Assembly (NCBI GenBank): GCA_037446215.1
Contig: JBBIJB010000057.1
Span: 1 to 15,615 of the forward strand
Direction of reading: 5' to 3'
Length of the DNA stretch: 15,615 nucleotides
DNA from: Armatimonadota bacterium
Lineage (GTDB): Bacteria > Sysuimicrobiota > Sysuimicrobiia > Sysuimicrobiales > Humicultoraceae
In this document: positions 7,115-14,314 of the stretch, one piece after another
How the letters are laid out: every line of letters starts with the position of its first letter
How positions within the stretch are numbered: position 1 is the stretch's first letter
Program-made: the position numbers and the translations under genes
The notes under the pieces: model-generated
Seen by the model: the letters and a program-made list of their open reading frames with translations, nothing else
Database searches by the model: none
Told to the model about the DNA's origin: nothing

Positions 7115-8443
7115 ATGGACGCGCCCCTCGGCGGGAACATCTCGGTCGGCCTCGACGGAGCCACCTGCGATGTCGCGGTGATCGGCGGGGGCGTCGTCGG
7201 CCTGGCCACCGCGCTCGCGCTCTCCTCAAGCCACCCCGACCTCCGCCTGCTCCTCCTCGAGAAGGAGCCCGAGCTGGCGGCGCACCAGACAGGCCACAAC
7301 AGCGGGGTCATCCACTCCGGCATCTACTACCGCCCGGGATCACAGAAGGCGCTGCTCTGCGTCGAAGGGGCACGGATGCTCAGGGCGTTCTGCGAGCAGC
7401 ACTCGATCCGCTACGAGAGCTGTGGGAAGGTGATCGTTGCCGTCCGCGAAGAGGAGTTCGGCCGCCTCGACGACCTGTTCGAGCGGGGGGTGGCAAACGG
7501 GGTGAGGGGCCTCCGCAGGATCGGCCCCGATGAGCTTCGCGAGATCGAGCCCCATGCCGTTGGCAAGAGGGCGATCCACTCGCCCATAACGGCCATCGTG
7601 GACTTCCGGGAGGTAGCCGGGGCGATTGCCGGCGAACTGGGCCGCCGCGGGGCAGGGATTGCCGCCGGCGCCCGCGTGACGGCCATCCGTCCGGCACGGG
7701 AGGCGGTTTCCTCCCGCGCCCGGCTGACCGCCGTGGCTAGGTCGGCCGGCTGCGGCAGATCGGCCTTCGGCCTCCTCGTCGAGACCACGCGCGGCCACGT
7801 GCGAGCCAGGTGGCTGATCAACTGCGCCGGCCTCTACTCCGACAGGATCGCGGCGATGGCCGGCGTGGATCCCGGCGTTCGGATCATCCCGTTCCGCGGC
7901 GAGTACTGCATGATCCGGCCCGACCGCCGCCACCTGGTGCGCGGGTTGATCTATCCCGTGCCGGATCCCGCCTTTCCCTTTCTCGGAGTGCACCTGACGC
8001 GCACGATCCACGGCGAGGTCGAGGCAGGGCCCAACGCGGTGCTCGCGTTCGCCCGGGAGGGGTACTCGCTCGCGAAGATCAACCCTCCCGAGCTCCTGTC
8101 CACGCTGCTCTACCCGGGGTTCCTCAAGATCGTGCGCAGGTACTGGCGGGCAGGCATGCACGAGATGTGGCGGTCGGTATCGACCAGGGCTTTCGCCCAT
8201 GCGATCCAGCGGCTGGTGCCGGAGGTCAGGCTCGAAGACGTCATCCGCCACGGAGCCGGCGTGAGGGCGCAGGCCGTCTTGCCGGACGGCGCCTTCGTTG
8301 ACGACTTCCATGTCGTCGATGGGCCTTGCTCGATCCACGTCCTGAATGCGCCTTCCCCGGCAGCCACGGCCTCGCTCGCCATCGGCAGGCACATAGCAGA
8401 GCTGGCCAGGGGAAGGTTTGGGCTGGGGCCGGGACCCACCTAG
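7115..8443 (+). CDS. lhgO: L-2-hydroxyglutarate oxidase (FAD-dependent)
   Basis: FAD-binding VIGGGVVG, EKE...AAHQTGHNSGVIHSGIYYRPGS.KA, IIPFRGEY, LIYPVPDPAFPFLGVHLT, GPNAVLA, AGVRAQA and NAPSPAATASLAIG. The start is the first in-frame ATG before the conserved domain; exact start uncertain. Confidence 0.9.
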   Translation: MDAPLGGNISVGLDGATCDVAVIGGGVVGLATALALSSSHPDLRLLLLEKEPELAAHQTGHNSGVIHSGIYYRPGSQKALLCVEGARMLRAFCEQHSIRYESCGKVIVAVREEEFGRLDDLFERGVANGVRGLRRIGPDELREIEPHAVGKRAIHSPITAIVDFREVAGAIAGELGRRGAGIAAGARVTAIRPAREAVSSRARLTAVARSAGCGRSAFGLLVETTRGHVRARWLINCAGLYSDRIAAMAGVDPGVRIIPFRGEYCMIRPDRRHLVRGLIYPVPDPAFPFLGVHLTRTIHGEVEAGPNAVLAFAREGYSLAKINPPELLSTLLYPGFLKIVRRYWRAGMHEMWRSVSTRAFAHAIQRLVPEVRLEDVIRHGAGVRAQAVLPDGAFVDDFHVVDGPCSIHVLNAPSPAATASLAIGRHIAELARGRFGLGPGPT

Positions 8444-8482
8444 CCCCTCAACTGCGACACAGAGAACAGGAGGCGGCAGAGC

Positions 8483-9670
8483 ATGCGGCGACCCAATCCC
8501 GTCCTTTCAGAGAGCGAGGCACTGGCACTTCACCAGGAGGCGCTGGTGATAGACGCCAAGCAGCCACCCACCACGAGAGGGCTCCTCTTCACCGGGTCGA
8601 TGCGGGAGGCACTCGCCGGCCACGCGAGGCGCGGCCTCTCGCGCGCGGAGGCCTACCCGCTGATGGCCGCGATGGCCTACGAAGAGATCCGCACCTCCCA
8701 GCAGGCGCGCGAGCAGTACACAAAGATCTGGCGCAAGGCCGGCGTGGACGTCGCGTGCGGCAGCTACTCGGGGACCGAGAAGCAGAGCAGCGCGTTCGAA
8801 GACGCCGTGGCCGCGATCGCCGTGGCGCACGGCTACGTGGACGCCCTGGGCGGCGAGATGCTCATGGTGAGGAGCGCCTCCGACATCGAGCGCGCGCACA
8901 GGGAGGGCCGGTTGGGCCTGATGATCGACTTCCAGAACAGCATCCCGTTCGGAGACGATCTCGACAGGGTAGGGCTGTTCCGAGACCTGGGCGTGCGCAT
9001 GGTGCAGCTCACCTACAACCTCCGCAACCTCGTGGGGGATGGGTGCACCGAGGCCTACCAGGGCGGCCTCTCCTACTTCGGCCGCGAGCTTGTCGCGCGC
9101 CTCAACGCCGCGCGGATCGTCGTGGACGTCAGCCACTGCAGCGAGCAGGTGGGATGGGACGCGCTGGACGTCTCCTCGGCGCCTGTCATAGTCTCGCACT
9201 CGGCGAGCAAGGCGGTCTGCGATCATCCAAGGGGGAAGAGCGATGAGCTGGCCAGGGCGGTCGCGGAGCGCGGAGGCTTCTTCGGCGTGGTCGTCATACC
9301 GGGGTTCATCTCTACCTCCAAGGAGCCGACGCTCGACGACTTCGCACGCCACGTCGCCCACCTGGTCGACGTGATGGGGATCGACCACGTCGGGATCGGG
9401 ACCGACAAGGCAGGCCCCGGCCCCGGCACCGACTCGCTGATCGAGTACCCGAAGGAGATGCCCCAGCGCCCCTCAGGGGAGTTCGACTGGTCCGGCTTCC
9501 GCAGGGAGGAGCACCGCCTCACCCCCGACTACCACTTGAACGGCTACGAGAACTTCGGCGACTGGCCCAACCTCACGGCGAAGCTTGCCGAGTGGGGGTT
9601 CAACGAGGAGGAGCTCAGAAAACTACTGGGACTCAACTTCCTCAGGGTGTTTCGCGACATCGTAGGATAG
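8483..9670 (+). CDS. Membrane dipeptidase-like protein (peptidase M19, amidohydrolase fold)
   Basis: AGGAGG SD upstream. Motifs LGVRMVQLTYNLRNLVGDGC, GLSYFGRELV, VDVSHCS, VSHS, DHVGIGTD and KLLGLNFLRVF. Confidence 0.9.
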   Translation: MRRPNPVLSESEALALHQEALVIDAKQPPTTRGLLFTGSMREALAGHARRGLSRAEAYPLMAAMAYEEIRTSQQAREQYTKIWRKAGVDVACGSYSGTEKQSSAFEDAVAAIAVAHGYVDALGGEMLMVRSASDIERAHREGRLGLMIDFQNSIPFGDDLDRVGLFRDLGVRMVQLTYNLRNLVGDGCTEAYQGGLSYFGRELVARLNAARIVVDVSHCSEQVGWDALDVSSAPVIVSHSASKAVCDHPRGKSDELARAVAERGGFFGVVVIPGFISTSKEPTLDDFARHVAHLVDVMGIDHVGIGTDKAGPGPGTDSLIEYPKEMPQRPSGEFDWSGFRREEHRLTPDYHLNGYENFGDWPNLTAKLAEWGFNEEELRKLLGLNFLRVFRDIVG

Positions 9671-9690
9671 GCGTCGAGGCCCTGGTGCGC

Positions 9691-9860
9691 TGCCTCCTTG
9701 GGCTGTTCGAGCTTCGGGCGCAGGACCCCGTGGTCCCGCTGGCTCTGTTCCGCGACCGGCTCTTCAGGGCGGCATGCGGCCAAGGCGTGCTCCTGGCGCT
9801 ACTGGTGATCGGCGCCGCGCAGCTTTCACGCATCGGCGCCCACACCGGCCGGCCGGTAGC
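9691..9860 (+). pseudogene. Internal remnant of a DHA2 (EmrB/QacA-type) MFS transporter gene
   Basis: Frame reads CLLGLFELRAQDPVVPLALFRDRLFRAACGQGVL..LLVIGAAQLSRIG. 'E.R..DPxxPLxLFRxRxF' matches the central-loop signature of 14-TM MFS exporters. The rest of the gene is absent. Confidence 0.6.
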
Positions 9861-9937
9861 GCGGTACCGCGGGAGGTCCTGGGGACCGCCACCTCGACCG
9901 TGCAGTTCAGCCGGAGCGGGTCGGACGCCCCCGGACC

Positions 9938-10720
9938 CTAGCCCTGCTTCCTTTCCTTTAGGCCGGACCTGATCTTGTCGTAGGTGGCCCCGGCGGCCCA
10001 GGCCAGCAGGCGGGTGTCGCTCCCCGCGGCTATGAACCGGAAGCCCTGGTCGATCTTCTGCAGGACATCCTCGGCGTTGCTGCCCATGTAGCCGGCCGCG
10101 ATGCCGTACCTCTTCGTGGCGCGGACCACCCTCTCCAGCGCCTCGACGAACTCGGGGTTGTCGAACTTCCGGAACGCACCGAGCGCCGCCGAGAGGTCGT
10201 TGGGACCGACGAACAGGACGTCCACGCCCGGGGTGGCCGCGATCTCGTCCACGTTAGAGAGCGCCTCGGTGGTCTCGATCTGGCAGATGACCACCACCTG
10301 GCTGTTCCACCGAGAGAAGTACTCGCCCAGGTCCGCGCCGAACCGGTTGGCCCTGCCTCCCGCCACCCCGCGGATGCCTTCGGGTGGGTACTTGCAGGCG
10401 GCCACCGCGGCCTGCGCCTCCTCGGCCGTGTTTACGAACGGTATGATCACGCCGTACGCGCCGCGGTCGAGGGCCCGCTTCACCAGAGCCGGGTCGTTCG
10501 CCTCCACCCTGATTATCGGCACCACCTCGGTGCCCTTCATCGCGCGGATGATATCCTCGGCCGTCTCCCAGCTGGCCGGGCCGTGCTCGGCGTCGATGAC
10601 CAGCCAGTCCATGCCGAAGCTGGCCAGGAGCTCGGCCACCCCTGGGGAGGGGAAGCTGATCCAGTGGCCGACCGCCGGCAGTCCCTGCGCCAGGCGTGTC
10701 TTGAGGGGGTTGTTGAACAT
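9938..10720 (-). CDS. HpcH/HpaI family aldolase (GarL/HpaI-like, 260 aa)
   Basis: GGAGGTG SD before ATG 10720. Motifs DWLVIDAEHGP, KRALDRGAYGVIIP, KYPPEGIRG, QIET and DVLFVGPNDLS. Substrate cannot be assigned. Confidence 0.92.
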   Translation of the reverse strand: MFNNPLKTRLAQGLPAVGHWISFPSPGVAELLASFGMDWLVIDAEHGPASWETAEDIIRAMKGTEVVPIIRVEANDPALVKRALDRGAYGVIIPFVNTAEEAQAAVAACKYPPEGIRGVAGGRANRFGADLGEYFSRWNSQVVVICQIETTEALSNVDEIAATPGVDVLFVGPNDLSAALGAFRKFDNPEFVEALERVVRATKRYGIAAGYMGSNAEDVLQKIDQGFRFIAAGSDTRLLAWAAGATYDKIRSGLKERKQG

Positions 10721-10776
10721 CTGGTTGACACCTCCGGGGAAGTCGCACGTGTACCGAGGACACATGCAGTTGCCTA

Positions 10777-10795
10777 CGTCGTGACTAGTACGACG
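10777..10795. promoter_or_regulatory. Near-perfect palindrome in the divergent aldolase/permease intergenic region (candidate operator)
   Basis: CGTCGT-G-ACTAGTACGACG equals the perfect 18-bp palindrome CGTCGTACTAGTACGACG with one extra G. Confidence 0.4.
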
Positions 10796-10887
10796 CAGCC
10801 GGCTTCGGCCCCTGTTTCCGGCCCGCGGGAGGGGACGCGCGGCGGCGACCCGAAGGATCCCCGGTGGTCACCAGCGGCAGGGAGGGA

Positions 10888-12396
10888 ATGGAGCCAGCCC
10901 CGACGACAGAGGTCAAGGTAGCCGACGTCGCGCCGGTACATCCACCGCGGGAGAGGATGACCTACCGCAGGTGGTTCTTCCTGGTGCTCGGCTTCTCGGC
11001 CTTCCTGGCCGTCTACCTCGCCGGGCCCCCTCCCTACGCTGTCGATCCCGTCGGCGTGGTAGTCCCACTGACGCGGGAGGGGAAGGCCGCGCTGGGCGTC
11101 TTCATCCTCGCCGTGATCTGGTGGGTGTTCGATGCGCTGCCGATCGGGGTGACCGGGATCGCGGTCGGCGTCCTACAGGCGCTGCTCCAGATCCGGCCGG
11201 CAAAGGCCGCGTTCGGGGACTTCATGGACCCCGCGGTGTGGTTCATCTTCGGCTCCCTCATCATTGGGATCGCCTTCGACAAGACCGGGCTGACGAAGCG
11301 GCTGGCCTACAGGATGGTCCGCGTCGTCGGCAACAGCACCCGGCGCATCTACCTCGGCGCATTCGTGATCACCGCGCTGCTCTCGCACGCCATGGCGCAC
11401 ACCGCGGCCGCCGCGACCGTTTTCCCCGCCCTGCTCGTCATCTACTCGTTCTACGGCGAGCCGGGCCGCCCCACGCGCTTCGGCAAAGGCCTATTCATAG
11501 GGATGGCGTTTGCCGCCGGCGCCGGCAGCATCGTTACCCTCCTCGGGTCTGCGCGGGCCGTCGTCGGGCTGGCGTTGTTCCGCACCATCGTCGATCGCCG
11601 CGTCAGCTTCCTGGAGGTGTCGTGGTACCTGGCGCCGATCGGATGGCTGATGGTGTTCCTGATCTGGCGGCTGATGCTGAGACTCTATCCTCCGGAGCAG
11701 GAGACGATTCCCGGCCTGCGCAGGGAGGCCGAGAAGCTCCACGCCGCCCTCGGCAGGATGAGGCGCCGGGAGCTGCTTGCGGCTCTCATCACCATCGGGA
11801 TCCTGGTCGCGCTCGCCGCCCAGACCTTCATTCCCGCGCTGGAGCCGCTGAACAGATCGGCCATCCTCCTCCTTGCCACGCTCTTCCTCTTCATGACGGG
11901 CGTGCTCACCTCGAGGGACCTGGACAAGATCCCCTGGAACATCATCCTGCTCTTCGGCGGCGCCATGAGCATCGGCTTCTGCCTCTGGGAGACAGGCGCC
12001 GCGCAGTGGCTGGCGGTGTCGTGGCTGGGCCTGTTTCAGGGGGCTCACTGGGCGGTCTTCCTGCTCGCGCTGGCCCTGCTCGTCCTGCTCATCACCAACG
12101 TGGTGATGAACGTTGCGGCGCTCTCGATATCGCTGCCGGTGGCGCTCGTGACCGCCCGCTACCTCGGGATCGCCCCCGACATCGTGCTGTTCATCGTCCT
12201 GGTCGCGGCGGGGATGCCTTTCCTGACGCTGGTGGGCGCCGCGCCGAACGCGATCGCCCACGGCTCGGGCCAGTTCAAGGCACGCGAGTTCGCCGTGGCC
12301 GGCCTGCCGGCCAGCCTGATCGCGTTTTGCGTGATAGCGCTGGCGATGCTCGTTCTCTGGCCGCTGATGGGGATGCCGATCCTGGCGGCGCGGTAG
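10888..12396 (+). CDS. SLC13/DASS family permease (di-/tricarboxylate or sulfate symporter)
   Basis: Motifs WWVFDALPIGVT, KTGLTKRLA, GSIVTLLGSAR, IPWNIILLFGGAMS, ITNVVMNVA and AAPNAIAHGSG, with many TM helices. Start uncertain (10864, 10888 or 10957). Confidence 0.9.
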   Translation: MEPAPTTEVKVADVAPVHPPRERMTYRRWFFLVLGFSAFLAVYLAGPPPYAVDPVGVVVPLTREGKAALGVFILAVIWWVFDALPIGVTGIAVGVLQALLQIRPAKAAFGDFMDPAVWFIFGSLIIGIAFDKTGLTKRLAYRMVRVVGNSTRRIYLGAFVITALLSHAMAHTAAAATVFPALLVIYSFYGEPGRPTRFGKGLFIGMAFAAGAGSIVTLLGSARAVVGLALFRTIVDRRVSFLEVSWYLAPIGWLMVFLIWRLMLRLYPPEQETIPGLRREAEKLHAALGRMRRRELLAALITIGILVALAAQTFIPALEPLNRSAILLLATLFLFMTGVLTSRDLDKIPWNIILLFGGAMSIGFCLWETGAAQWLAVSWLGLFQGAHWAVFLLALALLVLLITNVVMNVAALSISLPVALVTARYLGIAPDIVLFIVLVAAGMPFLTLVGAAPNAIAHGSGQFKAREFAVAGLPASLIAFCVIALAMLVLWPLMGMPILAAR

Positions 12397-12423
12397 GCCG
12401 CCCTCGGCCTCGGGCTGCTGGGG

Positions 12424-12897
12424 TCAGGAGTTCAGCATCCAGATCGAGAGGTTGAGCGCCCCGGCGAAGGTGACCCAGGCGAGGTAGGGGGCCATCAGCC
12501 ACCCGGCCGCGGGAACCGCGCGCCAGAACAGGTAGCCCGTGAGCGCGATCGCGTCCCACAGGAGGACGATCCCTACGAAGGCGGGAAGCGGCGCCCGCAG
12601 CCCGAAGAAGAGGCCGGACCAAGCCACGTTCAACGCGAGCTGCACCGCGAACAGCGCCAGCGCGGAGGTCGCGCCGCCCTTCATCCAGACCAGCCAGGCA
12701 GCCACTGCCATGGTCAGGTACAGGAAGGTCCAGACCGGGCCGAAGAGCCAGTTGGGAGGGTTCCAGGCCGGCTTCTTCAGCTCCGCGTACCAGGTGCCGA
12801 CTGACGTCGCCGTGAAGTACGACCCGGCTCCCGCGGCCGCGAAGCATATCACCACGAAGACGGCGAGCCCTGCCAGCGTGCGGGGTGTGATCTCCAT
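12424..12897 (-). CDS. tspO: TspO/MBR family tryptophan-rich sensory protein
   Basis: Motifs WYAELKKPAWNPPNWLFGPVWTFLY, QLALNVAWSGLFFG and PYLAWVTFAGALN. GGAGG SD upstream. Confidence 0.95.
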   Translation of the reverse strand: MEITPRTLAGLAVFVVICFAAAGAGSYFTATSVGTWYAELKKPAWNPPNWLFGPVWTFLYLTMAVAAWLVWMKGGATSALALFAVQLALNVAWSGLFFGLRAPLPAFVGIVLLWDAIALTGYLFWRAVPAAGWLMAPYLAWVTFAGALNLSIWMLNS

Positions 12898-13074
12898 GAC
12901 GGGCCTCCTCGCAGCCCTGGGATTCCGGCGCGCGCCGCCGGCCGTTCCTGGTTTCGTCGGCCCACCTCGCTTCCCTGCGCCTTCAACCGTCGGGGGGCCG
13001 GCGGCGTCCTAGTAGCAGCGGGCCCCCGCTCTCGGGCGCGGGCCCGCGGCCGAACGCACTAAGGGGGATCGGAG

Positions 13075-14301
13075 ATGCGGGTCCGTCTATCAGTGCCGTC
13101 GCTCGCGGCATCCGCCGTGCTCATCGCTCTTGCGCTCTCCTCGATCGCGGCTCCGGTGGGAGCAGCCCCACCTCCCCCCGCGCCCCCCGAGTTCGCCGAC
13201 CTCTACTCCATGCTCGACGGCCGGCTGAAGGCGATCGACCGCCACATCTCCTCACGCTGGGGCGGCGAGAGACACGACGTGATCTTCAGCGCGGAGCTCC
13301 TCGCGGCTAACAGCAACCAGGGCGAGAAGATCCTGGGAGAGCGCGGCTGGCAGGTGGTGCTCTTCAACCTCGACAGGCTACAGCCCCTGGGGATCCGCGG
13401 CGTGAAGGTCGCGCTCAAGTACCCCATCCTGGTGCCGGGGTTCCCAAGATCTGCCGACTACCTGGAGTTCTTCAAGAAGCTATCGACAGAACTCCGGCGG
13501 CGTAACATCAACATGCTGGCGCAGATGACCGCAGGCTTCAGGGAGCCGGTCTTCAGCGATCTGCCGGTGGCCGGTCACTACAGCGGCCTGACGCTCGAGC
13601 GCTACAAGCGCGAGAAGCGCCAGATGGCCGAGCTGATCATCCGGGAGGTCCGGCCCGACTTTCTCACCATCGAGAACGAGCCTCACACCCAGCAGGAGAA
13701 CACCGGCCTGCCGTTCACCGTGCGGAACTTCACCGAGATCGTGGAGTACATGCTGGACGGGCTGGACCGGCGGGGCGTCCAGATAGGTGCCGGGGCCGGG
13801 ACGTGGGACGACCTCGCGTACGTTCAGGCCCTTGCCAGGACTCCTGTCGACTACATCGACATGCACATCTACCCGATAAACCGCGACTTCGTCGTGGACA
13901 AGGCGTTCCGGATCGCCGACGTCGCGAGGAGGGCCAGCAAGAAGCTCGCCCTGGGTGAGGCGTGGCTCTACAAGTCCCGAGACGCCGAGCTCGGTGGCCA
14001 GTCGCCCGTGGCCGCCGCGCCGGTGCTCTACTCGAGGGACGTCTTCGGCTTCTGGCAGCCGCTCGACGTCGAGTTCATCACCGCGATGGTGAAGCTCGCG
14101 CACCACCTCAAGATAGACTTCGTTTCGTTCTTCTGGTCGCGCCACTTCCATGGGTACGTCGAATACGGCGACTCGACCCGAACCCTTCCGCCCGGCGAGT
14201 TGTTCAGGCGGGCCAACCTGGCCGCGGCGAAGGGGATGGCGGCCGACCCGCCTCAGTTGACGCTGACAGGACAGGCGTTCCAGAGATTGATCCGGAGGTA
14301 A
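13075..14301 (+). CDS. Exported hypothetical protein with a probable glycoside-hydrolase clan GH-A-like TIM barrel
   Basis: AAGGGGG SD, signal peptide and Pro-rich linker. IENEP (acid/base-like), YIDMHIYP and LALGEAW (nucleophile-like) occur in the expected order. Confidence 0.7.
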   Translation: MRVRLSVPSLAASAVLIALALSSIAAPVGAAPPPPAPPEFADLYSMLDGRLKAIDRHISSRWGGERHDVIFSAELLAANSNQGEKILGERGWQVVLFNLDRLQPLGIRGVKVALKYPILVPGFPRSADYLEFFKKLSTELRRRNINMLAQMTAGFREPVFSDLPVAGHYSGLTLERYKREKRQMAELIIREVRPDFLTIENEPHTQQENTGLPFTVRNFTEIVEYMLDGLDRRGVQIGAGAGTWDDLAYVQALARTPVDYIDMHIYPINRDFVVDKAFRIADVARRASKKLALGEAWLYKSRDAELGGQSPVAAAPVLYSRDVFGFWQPLDVEFITAMVKLAHHLKIDFVSFFWSRHFHGYVEYGDSTRTLPPGELFRRANLAAAKGMAADPPQLTLTGQAFQRLIRR

Positions 14302-14314
14302 GTGCCGCGACCCC

